This document shows positions 35,379-43,821 of a stretch of DNA of 64,000 nt, in pieces. The stretch comes from a virus, in IMG/VR virus record IMGVR_UViG_3300025098_000014. One strand, 5' to 3'. Position 1 is the first letter of the stretch; each line of letters opens with the position of its first letter. A model generated the notes under the pieces. It was not told where the DNA came from, searched no databases, and worked only from the letters and a program-made list of their open reading frames with translations. Position numbers and translations under genes: made by a program.

Positions 35379-35617
35379 TCTAATACAATTTCAACTTCTT
35401 CATCAAGTTCCCAAGAATCTTCACCCTCAAGATAATTCTCCAACTTACCAACTAATTCTGGTGGAAACTCATCAACAAACATTCCCCATGTTCCTGTTTC
35501 CACAGGATCAGGATCCCAAGTACATACTTTCACATCATCATATTGAGAGAAAATAAAATCAACAATATTTGTTTGGTCGTCTTCAGTTTGACAGTAAATT
35601 TTAAGTTGGTGTTTCAT
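35375..35617 (-). CDS. Acidic hypothetical protein
   Basis: ATGA overlaps with both neighbours. Confidence 0.6.
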   Translation of the reverse strand: MKHQLKIYCQTEDDQTNIVDFIFSQYDDVKVCTWDPDPVETGTWGMFVDEFPPELVGKLENYLEGEDSWELDEEVEIVLE

Positions 35618-35907
35618 AATGTTCTCTCAAGTCTTTCAGTTGCTTGGTCAGGGAAGTCTCTAGGGCGACTATCAAGTGCATTGTCAGTTCTAGGCGAACC
35701 CTCATTCGCCCTCATAGTATGTTGGAAGTTAATCCTCTTATATCTAATACAAAATGGATCTGGCATCCAGTATGTTACCTGCCAATCAATCAAAGGATTT
35801 AACTCTAGATGCTTCTCTAGAGAATGATTGAAGATACCGATCTGAATATATCCATCATGGGTAACACATGAGTTGTCACCAACAGATACTACAAACAGTT
35901 GCTTCAT
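35614..35907 (-). CDS. Hypothetical protein
   Basis: Directly downstream of purC. Confidence 0.6.
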   Translation of the reverse strand: MKQLFVVSVGDNSCVTHDGYIQIGIFNHSLEKHLELNPLIDWQVTYWMPDPFCIRYKRINFQHTMRANEGSPRTDNALDSRPRDFPDQATERLERTL

Positions 35908-36609
35908 TTACTGGATTGCCAGGGGTTGCAGTCTATCTAGAATCTCACGATAGGCAGGAACAATATCACCTTCATCCTTCCTGAATAAATCCTTATCAAA
36001 TCTCTCATCACTACCAATCTTCCACAGTCTCATGCTATCAGGACTGATCTCATCAGCAAGTAGTAACTCACCATGTGCAGTGTAGCCAAACTCGATCTTA
36101 AAATCCACAAGATCAATACCTAGGATGTAAAACATCTGACGGAGATAATCATTGATGCGTAGAGTCATCTCCTCAAATGGTTCTGGATTGTAACCCATCA
36201 GACGCACACGATCTCTTGTCAACAGCGGATCATGCTTGTTATCATCCTTCAAGAAGAACTCAACAATAGGATGTGGCAGTGAGTAACCTTCTTTAAGAGT
36301 TGTCTCACGAACAATAGATCCAGCAGCACGATTCCTGCAGATAACTTCTAAAGGAACGATATCTACCTTCTTACAGATCATCTTGTTAGCACCAACCATA
36401 TTAATATAATGTGTTGGAATATTTTCTTTGGAAAGTTTCTCAAAGATTAGAGATGAAATACTACAGCAGAGGGATCCTTTACCCAGTGGATGATCAACCA
36501 TCTCACCGTTACCAGCAGTCACCTTATCATGGTACTCAATGATGACACGATCAGCATCATCACCAGCATACACAGTTTTGACCTTGCCTTCTAGAATTAC
36601 TTTCATCAA
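35908..36609 (-). CDS. purC: SAICAR synthetase
   Basis: EGKVK, PLEVICRN.AAGS, DFKIEFG, ADEISPDS.RLW, DKD.FR. Confidence 0.96.
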   Translation of the reverse strand: MMKVILEGKVKTVYAGDDADRVIIEYHDKVTAGNGEMVDHPLGKGSLCCSISSLIFEKLSKENIPTHYINMVGANKMICKKVDIVPLEVICRNRAAGSIVRETTLKEGYSLPHPIVEFFLKDDNKHDPLLTRDRVRLMGYNPEPFEEMTLRINDYLRQMFYILGIDLVDFKIEFGYTAHGELLLADEISPDSMRLWKIGSDERFDKDLFRKDEGDIVPAYREILDRLQPLAIQ

Positions 36610-36800
36610 TCCTCCTGTTTGTATGTAATAGTTATTTGATTGAATACTTCGTCTCTATTGTCGCTTTTGTATACACGACAGCGTTTTACATCAGCATTCA
36701 ATAATTTCTCAATATTATTAAGTTGCCATTCAGCAGCATACTTTTTAAACCCATCGTCCATCCAAGATTTATTAGATCCTGGTGTGTTAAAATTATCCAT
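36606..36800 (-). CDS. Hypothetical protein
   Basis: Coupled between purS and purC. Confidence 0.55.
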   Translation of the reverse strand: MDNFNTPGSNKSWMDDGFKKYAAEWQLNNIEKLLNADVKRCRVYKSDNRDEVFNQITITYKQED

Positions 36801-37075
36801 TATTCAATACCTGGTGGGAAAGTGTCAATCTCAGTCAATTCATAGTCCCAGTCTTCCATGACTGTGTTAGCAAGGAATCTATCAGATAGCATTTCAAGTT
36901 CCTTCTCAGCATACTCTCTGCTCTCTGCTTCCAACCAAACATCAACTACCTTACCAAGTCTAAGTTTCTTGATGTCTAAGTCAGACAATCTCTTACAGGC
37001 ATCTCTAACGGCGTTACCTGGTGAGTCATCAACCTGTGATCTCAGACGGATGAATACTAATGCTTTAAACTTCAT
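36800..37075 (-). CDS. purS: FGAM synthase subunit PurS
   Basis: V.D.PG.AV, RLGK, LAN.V.ED. Confidence 0.9.
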   Translation of the reverse strand: MKFKALVFIRLRSQVDDSPGNAVRDACKRLSDLDIKKLRLGKVVDVWLEAESREYAEKELEMLSDRFLANTVMEDWDYELTEIDTFPPGIE

Positions 37076-37098
37076 CTAGGTTTGTTTGTCATGCAGTC

Positions 37099-37140
37099 AT
37101 TATACAATAAAAAACCACCCCGGTCAAGGAGTGGTGGTCG
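37099..37140 (-). promoter_or_regulatory. Terminator fused with a sigma70 promoter (TTGACC-17-TATAAT) for purS-purC-purM
   Basis: Hairpin ACCACTCC-TTGAC-CGGGGTGGT plus T6; -35 at 37122-37127, -10 at 37099-37104. Confidence 0.75.
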
Positions 37141-37201
37141 ATTTAGGAGGTGGTCTGAATGGGCAGTCGCGACACCCAGCACCACAGCATCCTCTACTCA
37201 T
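37124..37201 (-). CDS. 25-aa Cys-rich micro-protein (DUF5522-like)
   Basis: MSRGCCGAGCRDCPFRPPPKSTTTP*; the start overlaps the end of the upstream gene. Confidence 0.55.
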   Translation of the reverse strand: MSRGCCGAGCRDCPFRPPPKSTTTP

Positions 37202-37415
37202 GATCACTAAAATGATTATTAATAACTTCAATACGCTCATCTTCATGAGCAATGATATCTAGTTGTTCCTGAATAGCAGCAAGCACATCAGGGTGCTCAC
37301 CAATACCTACAGGATTGTGTAGGTATACTTCTATATTTGCTTTTGCTTTGGCAATATTACCTATAGCATCAGCAACTAAAGCATCCAACATTTTTTGGCG
37401 AAGATTGCAAGACAT
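37194..37415 (-). CDS. Conserved phage hypothetical protein
   Basis: ANIEVYL.NPVGIGEHPD. Confidence 0.75.
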   Translation of the reverse strand: MSCNLRQKMLDALVADAIGNIAKAKANIEVYLHNPVGIGEHPDVLAAIQEQLDIIAHEDERIEVINNHFSDHE

Positions 37416-37421
37416 AATAAT

Positions 37422-37670
37422 TTAAGAGTTAGTTTGTAATGACATCATTGTATCATGAAGTTCTCCAATATCAAGGAGACCTTCAGCACTGAACCAGGGA
37501 GCATTCGCCCAACTGAAGCCTTCACCCATGGTGCTATCGGGTGCTGTGATGTACCAATGACATGCTGTGTCTGGTACATCTACTGCACACTTAGACCAAT
37601 CGTCACTCCACTGTGGGACTTGAACCCACATTAGAGCAGCAAACATAATACTGAAGAGTGATTTGATCAT
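37422..37670 (-). CDS. Small exported hypothetical protein
   Basis: Signal-like N-terminus; Trp-rich with two Cys. Confidence 0.6.
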   Translation of the reverse strand: MIKSLFSIMFAALMWVQVPQWSDDWSKCAVDVPDTACHWYITAPDSTMGEGFSWANAPWFSAEGLLDIGELHDTMMSLQTNS

Positions 37671-37717
37671 GTCTTATTAAAGATTATGGGTCTAAGTTTT
37701 AATAACAAGAGTTCTTA

Positions 37718-38773
37718 TTAAAGAGCGTTGCCTCTAGGTAGAACTTCCTCAGGGAAGATAAAGTTCTCATGTGGTTGATCAGCAGGTGCCAACCATGCAC
37801 GGAGTCCTTCGTTAAGAAGGATGTTCTTGGTGTAGAAGGTCTCAAACTCAGGATCTTCTGCTGCTCTGATCTCCTGACTCACGAAATCGTAAGCACGAAG
37901 ATTAAGAGCAAGCCCAATAATGCCAATAGAGGAGACCCAAAGACCCATAACAGGCACAAACAGCATAAAGAAATGCAGCCACCGCTTGTTAGAAAACGCA
38001 ATACCGAAGATCTGCGACCAGAAGCGGTTTGCAGTGACCATAGAGTAAGTCTCCTCCTCTTGAGTTGAATCAAACGCCTTAAAGGTATTTGCTTGTTCTC
38101 CGTCTTCATACAGTGTGTTCTCCACAGTTACGCCATGGATTGCTGATAGCAATGCTCCACCTAGTATACCAGCCACTCCCATCATATGGAAGGGGTTGAG
38201 TGTCCAGTTGTGGAATCCTTGTAGGAACAACAGGAATCTGAAGATCGCCGCGACACCAAAGGACGGCGCGAAAAACCAAGAGGACTGTCCCAGAGGATAG
38301 ATGAGGAAAACACTGACAAATACAGCAATAGGGCCAGAAAAAGCAATCGCATTATAAGGTCTAATTCCAATTAAGCGAGAAAGTTCAAACTGCCTAAGCA
38401 TGAAACCAATGAGAGCAAAGGCTCCGTGGAGTGCCACAAAATTCCAGAGTCCCCCAAGTTGGCACCACCGCTGGAAATTCCCCTGAGACTCAGGACCCCA
38501 AAGTAGAAGAAGAGAATGACCCATAGCATCAGCAGGCGTTGAGACAGCTGCCGTGAGAAAATTAGCACCTTCAAGGTAGGAACCAGCAAGACCGTGGGTG
38601 TACCAACTCGTGACAAAAGTTGTGCCAGTAAGCCAGCCGCCAATGGCCAGATAAGCAGTGGGAAGAAGAAGGAGTCCAGACCAACCCACAAAGACAAAGC
38701 GATCCCGTTTAACCCAGTCGTCCAGGACATCAAACCACCCCCTCGTTGGTGTTGTTAGTGTTGTTGTCGTCAT
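37718..38773 (-). CDS. psbD: Photosystem II D2 protein
   Basis: [40 protein letters not shown]. Confidence 0.99.
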   Translation of the reverse strand: MTTTTLTTPTRGWFDVLDDWVKRDRFVFVGWSGLLLLPTAYLAIGGWLTGTTFVTSWYTHGLAGSYLEGANFLTAAVSTPADAMGHSLLLLWGPESQGNFQRWCQLGGLWNFVALHGAFALIGFMLRQFELSRLIGIRPYNAIAFSGPIAVFVSVFLIYPLGQSSWFFAPSFGVAAIFRFLLFLQGFHNWTLNPFHMMGVAGILGGALLSAIHGVTVENTLYEDGEQANTFKAFDSTQEEETYSMVTANRFWSQIFGIAFSNKRWLHFFMLFVPVMGLWVSSIGIIGLALNLRAYDFVSQEIRAAEDPEFETFYTKNILLNEGLRAWLAPADQPHENFIFPEEVLPRGNAL

Positions 38774-38870
38774 TTTTGTTTACCGTTTTAAAATCCTTTA
38801 ACCAGTATTGTTGTGGCCAAGTATCTCTAAGGATCTCGGCAAGTTTGATAGGAGTATCAGAACTAATCAT
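38730..38870 (-). CDS. Possible small ORF (46 aa) between psbA and psbD
   Basis: [23 protein letters not shown]...; overlaps the psbD start. Confidence 0.4.
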   Translation of the reverse strand: MISSDTPIKLAEILRDTWPQQYWLKDFKTVNKNDDNNTNNTNEGVV

Positions 38871-38917
38871 AATAGTAACACACAAAGTATAGGAACTACC
38901 AGAGTAAGAATACCTAT

Positions 38918-38946
38918 AAAAAACCCCCCCACATATGTGAGAGGGT
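38918..38946 (-). terminator. psbA terminator
   Basis: ACCCTCTCAC-ATAT-GTGGGGGGG followed by a T tract. Confidence 0.7.
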
Positions 38947-38966
38947 GAAGACTACCATCAGGCATA

Positions 38967-40043
38967 TTAGCCTACGGTAGGTGCGGTAAGTGCAACAGGA
39001 GTTGACTCAGCAGCAGCCAGATCCAGTGGGAAGTTGTGAGCGTTGCGCTCATGCATCACTTCCATACCAAGACCTGCACGGTTCAGTACATCTGCCCAGG
39101 TGTTCAGTACACGACCTTGACCATCGAGAATGGACTGGTTGAAGTTGAAACCGTTGAGGTTGAATGCCATGGTGCTTACGCCCAGTGCAGTGAACCAGAT
39201 TCCAACGACAGGCCATGCTGCCAGGAAGAAGTGAAGTGAACGGGAGTTGTTGAACGATGCGTATTGGAAGATCAAACGACCGAAGTAGCCATGTGCTGCG
39301 ACGATGTTGTATGTCTCTTCTTCTTGACCGAACTTATAACCGTAGTTCTGTGACTCTGTTTCAGTTGTTTCACGAACAAGTGAGGAAGTAACGAGACTTC
39401 CGTGCATAGCAGAGAAAAGAGATCCACCGAATACCCCAGCAACACCGAGCATGTGGAACGGGTGCATAAGGATATTGTGTTCTGCTTGGAATACAAGCAT
39501 GTAGTTAAAAGTACCAGAGATACCAAGAGGCATAGCATCGGAGAAAGAACCTTGACCGAAAGGATAGACTAGGAATACTGCACTTGCTGCAGCGACTGGA
39601 GCAGAATATGCTACACAGATCCAGGGGCGCATACCAAGGCGGTATGAGAGTTCCCATTCACGGCCCATATAGGCATAAATGCCGATAAGGAAGTGAAAGA
39701 CTACCAGTTGAAAAGGACCGCCGTTATACAACCACTCATCGAGTGATGCGGCTTCCCAGATGGGGTAGAAGTGAAGACCAATTGCGTTGGAGGATGGGAC
39801 AACTGCACCAGAGATGATGTTGTTTCCATACATGAGTGAACCAGCTACGGGTTCACGGATGCCGTCGATATCGACGGGGGGTGCTGCTACGAAAGCAACG
39901 ATGAAGCAGATGGTTGCCGCCAACAGAGTTGGGATCATCAGTACACCGAACCAACCGACATACAGACGGTTGTTGGTGGAGGTTACCCACTCGCAGAAAT
40001 CATTCCACGGGGATGTTTGTTGTCTTGTTAAAGTTGTAGCCAT
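38967..40043 (-). CDS. psbA: Photosystem II D1 protein
   Basis: [32 protein letters not shown]; uninterrupted. Confidence 0.99.
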   Translation of the reverse strand: MATTLTRQQTSPWNDFCEWVTSTNNRLYVGWFGVLMIPTLLAATICFIVAFVAAPPVDIDGIREPVAGSLMYGNNIISGAVVPSSNAIGLHFYPIWEAASLDEWLYNGGPFQLVVFHFLIGIYAYMGREWELSYRLGMRPWICVAYSAPVAAASAVFLVYPFGQGSFSDAMPLGISGTFNYMLVFQAEHNILMHPFHMLGVAGVFGGSLFSAMHGSLVTSSLVRETTETESQNYGYKFGQEEETYNIVAAHGYFGRLIFQYASFNNSRSLHFFLAAWPVVGIWFTALGVSTMAFNLNGFNFNQSILDGQGRVLNTWADVLNRAGLGMEVMHERNAHNFPLDLAAAESTPVALTAPTVG

Positions 40044-40047
40044 TGTA

Positions 40048-40170
40048 CTTGAAAGAAAGTAAGATCATCAGGGAAATGATGGTTTTACTATTCCTATCTC
40101 ACCCTCAGAGATAGGTATTAAAGACGCTTTTATACACCCTAGAGGTCTTGGTTTACGGGGTGTTCTTGAC
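40048..40170 (-). ncRNA. Structured psbA leader, probably the PhotoRC-II RNA motif
   Basis: Hairpins ACACCC...GGGTGT, CCTATCTC-TGAGGGT-GAGATAGG and CATCA-TTTCCC-TGATG, plus AAGAC/GTCTT complementarity, in the cyanophage psbA 5' UTR. Confidence 0.7.
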
Positions 40171-40194
40171 TGTTACATTTCGTAACTGTGTCTC

Positions 40195-40228
40195 TATTTA
40201 TATTAGCACATCCTCACATATCTGTCAA
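40195..40228 (-). promoter_or_regulatory. psbA promoters: sigma70-type TTGACA-17-TAATAT overlapping late TATAAATA
   Basis: -35 at 40223-40228, -10 at 40200-40205, TATAAATA at 40195-40202. Confidence 0.7.
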
Positions 40229-41326
40229 GAGGTGCGTATTGTCAATCCAGTTCTTAAAGCTGGTTCCATACCAATGCCCGTAGGAATTTTCATGGTTATA
40301 GACAAGTTCATGTCTACTGTTGGATTTAGCAGAACGAATAGTATCAAAGAAAGATTCATCATAAGAATGATTCCTTGCCATCGTCTCCGCTTCTGACCAG
40401 AACATTGTAGCATACTTTGACCCATTTGCGTAGTGCCAAAGGATAAAGTTCTGTACCTCTTCCACATCTGTCACAAGCTCTTGTAGAACTGACCTCTTAG
40501 ACCTCCCATCAAAAATCCATTCACAAACTAAAGAGGTCCAACGAAAATATGTCTCGACCGAACTTGCTTCCAACGGTTCAATAAACATTAATCTATTGCC
40601 ATTCAAGATAACTTTATCATTTTGAATGGGTCTTCTAGCAAGATAGTTCTTAAATTGAATATGTTCCGTACCTTGAATATCGTAGAGATCTGCTAGATTT
40701 TCTTCTGCGTCAGTCTTTGATGTGCAATTGTCATTATACAGGTAACCATAATTAGTATTTGTTTTTCCAGGTATAGAGAACATCCAACCATCTGGTGTAG
40801 CAATACACCTCGTCCAATGCTGATGAGTATCCACATCATCACTCTTTCCAAGAAGAACACTGTTCAGTGGATTCTTTAGCATGTTGTAGTAGGAAAAATC
40901 TTTTGGAGTTCCTCTACAGTCAAAGACATAATCACAATCAAGTTCATTGCAATCAGATACATTCTGTTCAATAAACTTACATATATTATTTTCTATCATA
41001 TACTCTCTCAATTTATTGGGAGAATAATGAATAGCCGTATAGTTCATGGGAAAGGGATGGAAGAATTTATCATTCTTCTTTCCCCAGTCTTCATATAGAA
41101 TTCCAGTTTTAAATGTTGCATCAATCGGATTGGAATACCAATCCATGCCAAGGACATCAGAAAGAATCCCAACAAAATTTACTAGTGATCCTTGCCCTAC
41201 TTTTTCAATAGGGATATTAGGATCATAGTAGATTTCAATCTCCACATCATCGCCATAAGTCTGATCCAATAAAGTTAAGGCAACAGTGAGTCCACCATTG
41301 CCACCACCAACTATACCAATTTTCAT
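40214..41326 (-). CDS. Flavin-dependent (tryptophan) halogenase family protein
   Basis: GGGNGG, ATFKTGI.Y.DW, DCRG, GWMFSIP, FIEPLEAS. Confidence 0.82.
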   Translation of the reverse strand: MKIGIVGGGNGGLTVALTLLDQTYGDDVEIEIYYDPNIPIEKVGQGSLVNFVGILSDVLGMDWYSNPIDATFKTGILYEDWGKKNDKFFHPFPMNYTAIHYSPNKLREYMIENNICKFIEQNVSDCNELDCDYVFDCRGTPKDFSYYNMLKNPLNSVLLGKSDDVDTHQHWTRCIATPDGWMFSIPGKTNTNYGYLYNDNCTSKTDAEENLADLYDIQGTEHIQFKNYLARRPIQNDKVILNGNRLMFIEPLEASSVETYFRWTSLVCEWIFDGRSKRSVLQELVTDVEEVQNFILWHYANGSKYATMFWSEAETMARNHSYDESFFDTIRSAKSNSRHELVYNHENSYGHWYGTSFKNWIDNTHLLTDM

Positions 41327-41487
41327 CTCGTAAATTCTTGAAGAAGATCTAGGACTTTATCTAGAGAATAGTGAGCACCGTCGTGCCATTGCCCAGGACG
41401 GGTATCATAATTACCATCATAAAGTTCATTCTTTAGCTTATAGACTCTCGCAAGAATATCGTTTTTTGTCACAGATCCATGAGGCAT
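41323..41487 (-). CDS. Hypothetical protein (54 aa)
   Basis: MPHGSVTKNDILARVYKLKNELY...WHDGAH.SLDKVLDLLQEF; ATGA-coupled to the halogenase. Confidence 0.65.
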   Translation of the reverse strand: MPHGSVTKNDILARVYKLKNELYDGNYDTRPGQWHDGAHYSLDKVLDLLQEFTR

Positions 41488-41490
41488 AAT

Positions 41491-41754
41491 TTACATTCCA
41501 GGAATAGGAAGACCAGTTGTTTTGGGAAGAGAATCAGGAACAGCACCACCAGTCATACTAGGAATCTCTGGCATAGCACCATTGATCATACTAGGAAGTG
41601 CATCGGTTAATGCCTTTGTAATCTCTTCTGTTGCCTGTTCTTTTACCTTCTCAATCATAGCGTCTTTATTCAGATAAAGATACGCTCCGCCACCTACGAT
41701 AACCGTAGATACACCGAATGAAATGAGAGATAGAACATTAATTAGTTTTTGCAT
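41491..41754 (-). CDS. Small membrane-anchored protein
   Basis: MQKLINVLSLISF...GGAYLY N-terminal TM segment; Pro-rich tail. Confidence 0.7.
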   Translation of the reverse strand: MQKLINVLSLISFGVSTVIVGGGAYLYLNKDAMIEKVKEQATEEITKALTDALPSMINGAMPEIPSMTGGAVPDSLPKTTGLPIPGM

Positions 41755-41799
41755 TCCCCTACAAAAAAGGACACCTTATATAGGTGCCCCTTCATTATA

Positions 41800-42327
41800 C
41801 TACAGCAGATCTTTTAATTGTTTATACATGTTTTCAGGTGAAGACACTTCGTAAGGATCCTCTAGCAAATTGTTTTCTTTGCCAGGTTCTTCTAACATTA
41901 ATTTAATCTCTGCATCCTCAACATAACAAGAGTATCTCCAAGAACGAATACCAAATCCTATACATTCTTTCTTGACACGCATACCCATTTTTTCAGCAAA
42001 ATATGCATTGCCATCGGGGAGCATCTCTACATTTTTAATATCTAGAGACTTTGCCCAGGCTTCCATTACATAGTCGTCATTGACACTGGTGCAATAAATT
42101 GCATCAATGCCAAAGTCCTTTGCAAATTTATCAAAAAGCAAATCGTATGTAGGAAGCATTTCGTTTGAACATGTAGGAGTAAATGCTCCTGGCACTCCAA
42201 ACAAAATTACTTTCTTATTAATAAAGAAAAATGGAGAGTCTTGATACACTGGGGGTTCCAAGTTTCCATCTTCATCAGGGATAACAGATCCTTGAAGAAT
42301 AAATTCAGAGAAAGGAATACGATTCAT
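41800..42327 (-). CDS. Peroxiredoxin (Prx5/redoxin type)
   Basis: PGAFTPTCS, SVND.YVM.AW, PDGN, RSWRY. Confidence 0.92.
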   Translation of the reverse strand: MNRIPFSEFILQGSVIPDEDGNLEPPVYQDSPFFFINKKVILFGVPGAFTPTCSNEMLPTYDLLFDKFAKDFGIDAIYCTSVNDDYVMEAWAKSLDIKNVEMLPDGNAYFAEKMGMRVKKECIGFGIRSWRYSCYVEDAEIKLMLEEPGKENNLLEDPYEVSSPENMYKQLKDLL

Positions 42328-42328
42328 G

Positions 42329-42442
42329 TTAGATAGGTTGCATTAGTCCACCACCGGGACCATCATCATCACCGCCATCCATATCAGTGAGCACCGAGTT
42401 AATAACAAAAGCGCAAATCATACAGATAGATAGTAGAAGCAT
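42329..42442 (-). CDS. 37-aa membrane micro-protein
   Basis: MLLLSICMICAFVINSVLTDMDGGDDDGPGGGLMQPI*; TAATG-coupled to hli. Confidence 0.6.
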   Translation of the reverse strand: MLLLSICMICAFVINSVLTDMDGGDDDGPGGGLMQPI

Positions 42443-42561
42443 TATAGTATACCAGGAATGATCTGTCCAGTGGTCAAGTAAGTGCCAACAGCAATGACAA
42501 ATCCAAGCATTGCCAAACGAGAGTTGAGGAGCTCTGCCTCAGGGGTGAATCCGAATTTCAT
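42442..42561 (-). CDS. hli: High-light inducible protein (39 aa)
   Basis: MKFGFTPEAELLNSRLAMLGF...TGQIIPGIL; ExxNxRxAM chlorophyll-binding motif. Missed by the ORF track. Confidence 0.93.
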   Translation of the reverse strand: MKFGFTPEAELLNSRLAMLGFVIAVGTYLTTGQIIPGIL

Positions 42562-42794
42562 GATTGTTCCTCTAGTGTAAGATAAAATTTAGTTTGATCT
42601 ACTGGCAATTTTGATGCCGGATCGTAGATAGATGAATCGCCATAAGTTTTATGGTCTTTGTATCCAACCATACGACCTTTCGTATTTTGGAGTGCTGCCA
42701 TCATAGCAATGATGAGAAAGATTGCTGGTGGTCCAATGATAAGAGCCCCACCAATCACATAGTAAGTGAGTAATTCAATTAAAGAAGTTTCCAT
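42558..42794 (-). CDS. Small membrane protein
   Basis: One TM segment; lies between the two hli genes. Confidence 0.65.
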   Translation of the reverse strand: METSLIELLTYYVIGGALIIGPPAIFLIIAMMAALQNTKGRMVGYKDHKTYGDSSIYDPASKLPVDQTKFYLTLEEQS

Positions 42795-43004
42795 TCAAAG
42801 GATACCAAAAAAGAAGTTGCCGGTGATAGCATACGAAATGAATCCTGCGACAATGCCCATCATAGCATAACGACCGTTAAGTTTTTCAGATCTCTCTGCA
42901 TATGTCTCAAGACCATAACGCTCTGCGTCTGTCTCGGAGATATACATTCTAGGTTCAGTAGCATACATGTTTGTACGACCACCATCTTCAGTTGTTACGG
43001 TCAT
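42795..43004 (-). CDS. hli: High-light inducible protein
   Basis: TEDGGRTNMYATEP, EKLNGRYAMMG. Confidence 0.93.
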   Translation of the reverse strand: MTVTTEDGGRTNMYATEPRMYISETDAERYGLETYAERSEKLNGRYAMMGIVAGFISYAITGNFFFGIL

Positions 43005-43060
43005 GTTACACTCCGTTATAAATCTTTACATATTATATAGGAAATATAAGATCCTGTCAA
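43005..43060 (-). promoter_or_regulatory. hli promoter TTGACA-17-TATAAT with three HLR1-like direct repeats
   Basis: -35 at 43055-43060, -10 at 43032-43037; GTTACA/GTTATA/TTTACA at 43005, 43015 and 43025. Confidence 0.75.
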
Positions 43061-43061
43061 G

Positions 43062-43271
43062 TCAATAATCCATGTTACCACCATAACGGATGCAAGTCTT
43101 TTTGTTTTCTGCTGATGACCTACACCACTGTCTCACATAAGCATCTGCATCTCTACTCATGGAGAAGTGTGCATGGTTGTGGAGCATCCCAATCATAATC
43201 AACACTCCAATAGACATCACATTAAAGTGTGTAGCAGGATGAGTGACGATCTTTACAAAATAATTTCGCAT
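43062..43271 (-). CDS. Small membrane hypothetical protein
   Basis: TM segment followed by HNHAH; start moved to ATG 43271, after the terminator. Confidence 0.6.
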   Translation of the reverse strand: MRNYFVKIVTHPATHFNVMSIGVLIMIGMLHNHAHFSMSRDADAYVRQWCRSSAENKKTCIRYGGNMDY

Positions 43272-43297
43272 AAAAAAGGGGATGCCGTCGCACCCCC
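43272..43297 (-). terminator. Intrinsic terminator
   Basis: GGGGTGCGACGGCATCCCC followed by T6. Confidence 0.7.
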
Positions 43298-43335
43298 AGT
43301 ATAACATCTAGATATTTACTTGTCTATATGAACAA

Positions 43336-43707
43336 TCAGAAGTTGTACTTGACGCCCAACTTAGCTCCATATCCACGGTCAAGATCTTCGTCACCAGAAC
43401 CGATGAACGATACTTCACCATATGCACCGAGGTTGTCGGTGACAGCGAGTCCAAGACCAGCTTTACCTGAGGGAACCGTATCGCTCTCGCCACTGTCAGG
43501 GGAGACTACACTAGCGCCGCCTTGAACATAGTACGAAGCGGACTCACCGAGTGCGCCTTCATATCCTACATGAAGATCTGTCGTGGTCGAATTGTAGTCG
43601 GATCCAGTCCAACCAGAATTAGCCTCGACATTGACATAGGGTCCTGCAAAGACAGCGCCAGCAGAAGCAAACAGAGCAGCGGTGGCTGCGAATACAGATT
43701 TAAACAT
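43336..43707 (-). CDS. Small outer-membrane beta-barrel-like protein
   Basis: Signal peptide, alternating beta strands, C-terminal YGAKLGVKYNF (terminal Phe). Confidence 0.75.
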   Translation of the reverse strand: MFKSVFAATAALFASAGAVFAGPYVNVEANSGWTGSDYNSTTTDLHVGYEGALGESASYYVQGGASVVSPDSGESDTVPSGKAGLGLAVTDNLGAYGEVSFIGSGDEDLDRGYGAKLGVKYNF

Positions 43708-43821
43708 TTGAAAATTCCTTTAAGTATATCTCGTGGAGTATCCCACGGATGATAGAGAGATCGACATTCTCTCGCTTTAGATACGAACTGTCACATGTGA
43801 CAGTTGTAATATTTATACATG

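Noticed and set aside
37718-40043. Group I intron or homing endonuclease in or between psbA and psbD (also checked thyX and nrdB)
   Set aside because: All four ORFs are continuous and of normal length; the psbA-psbD gap is under 200 bp.
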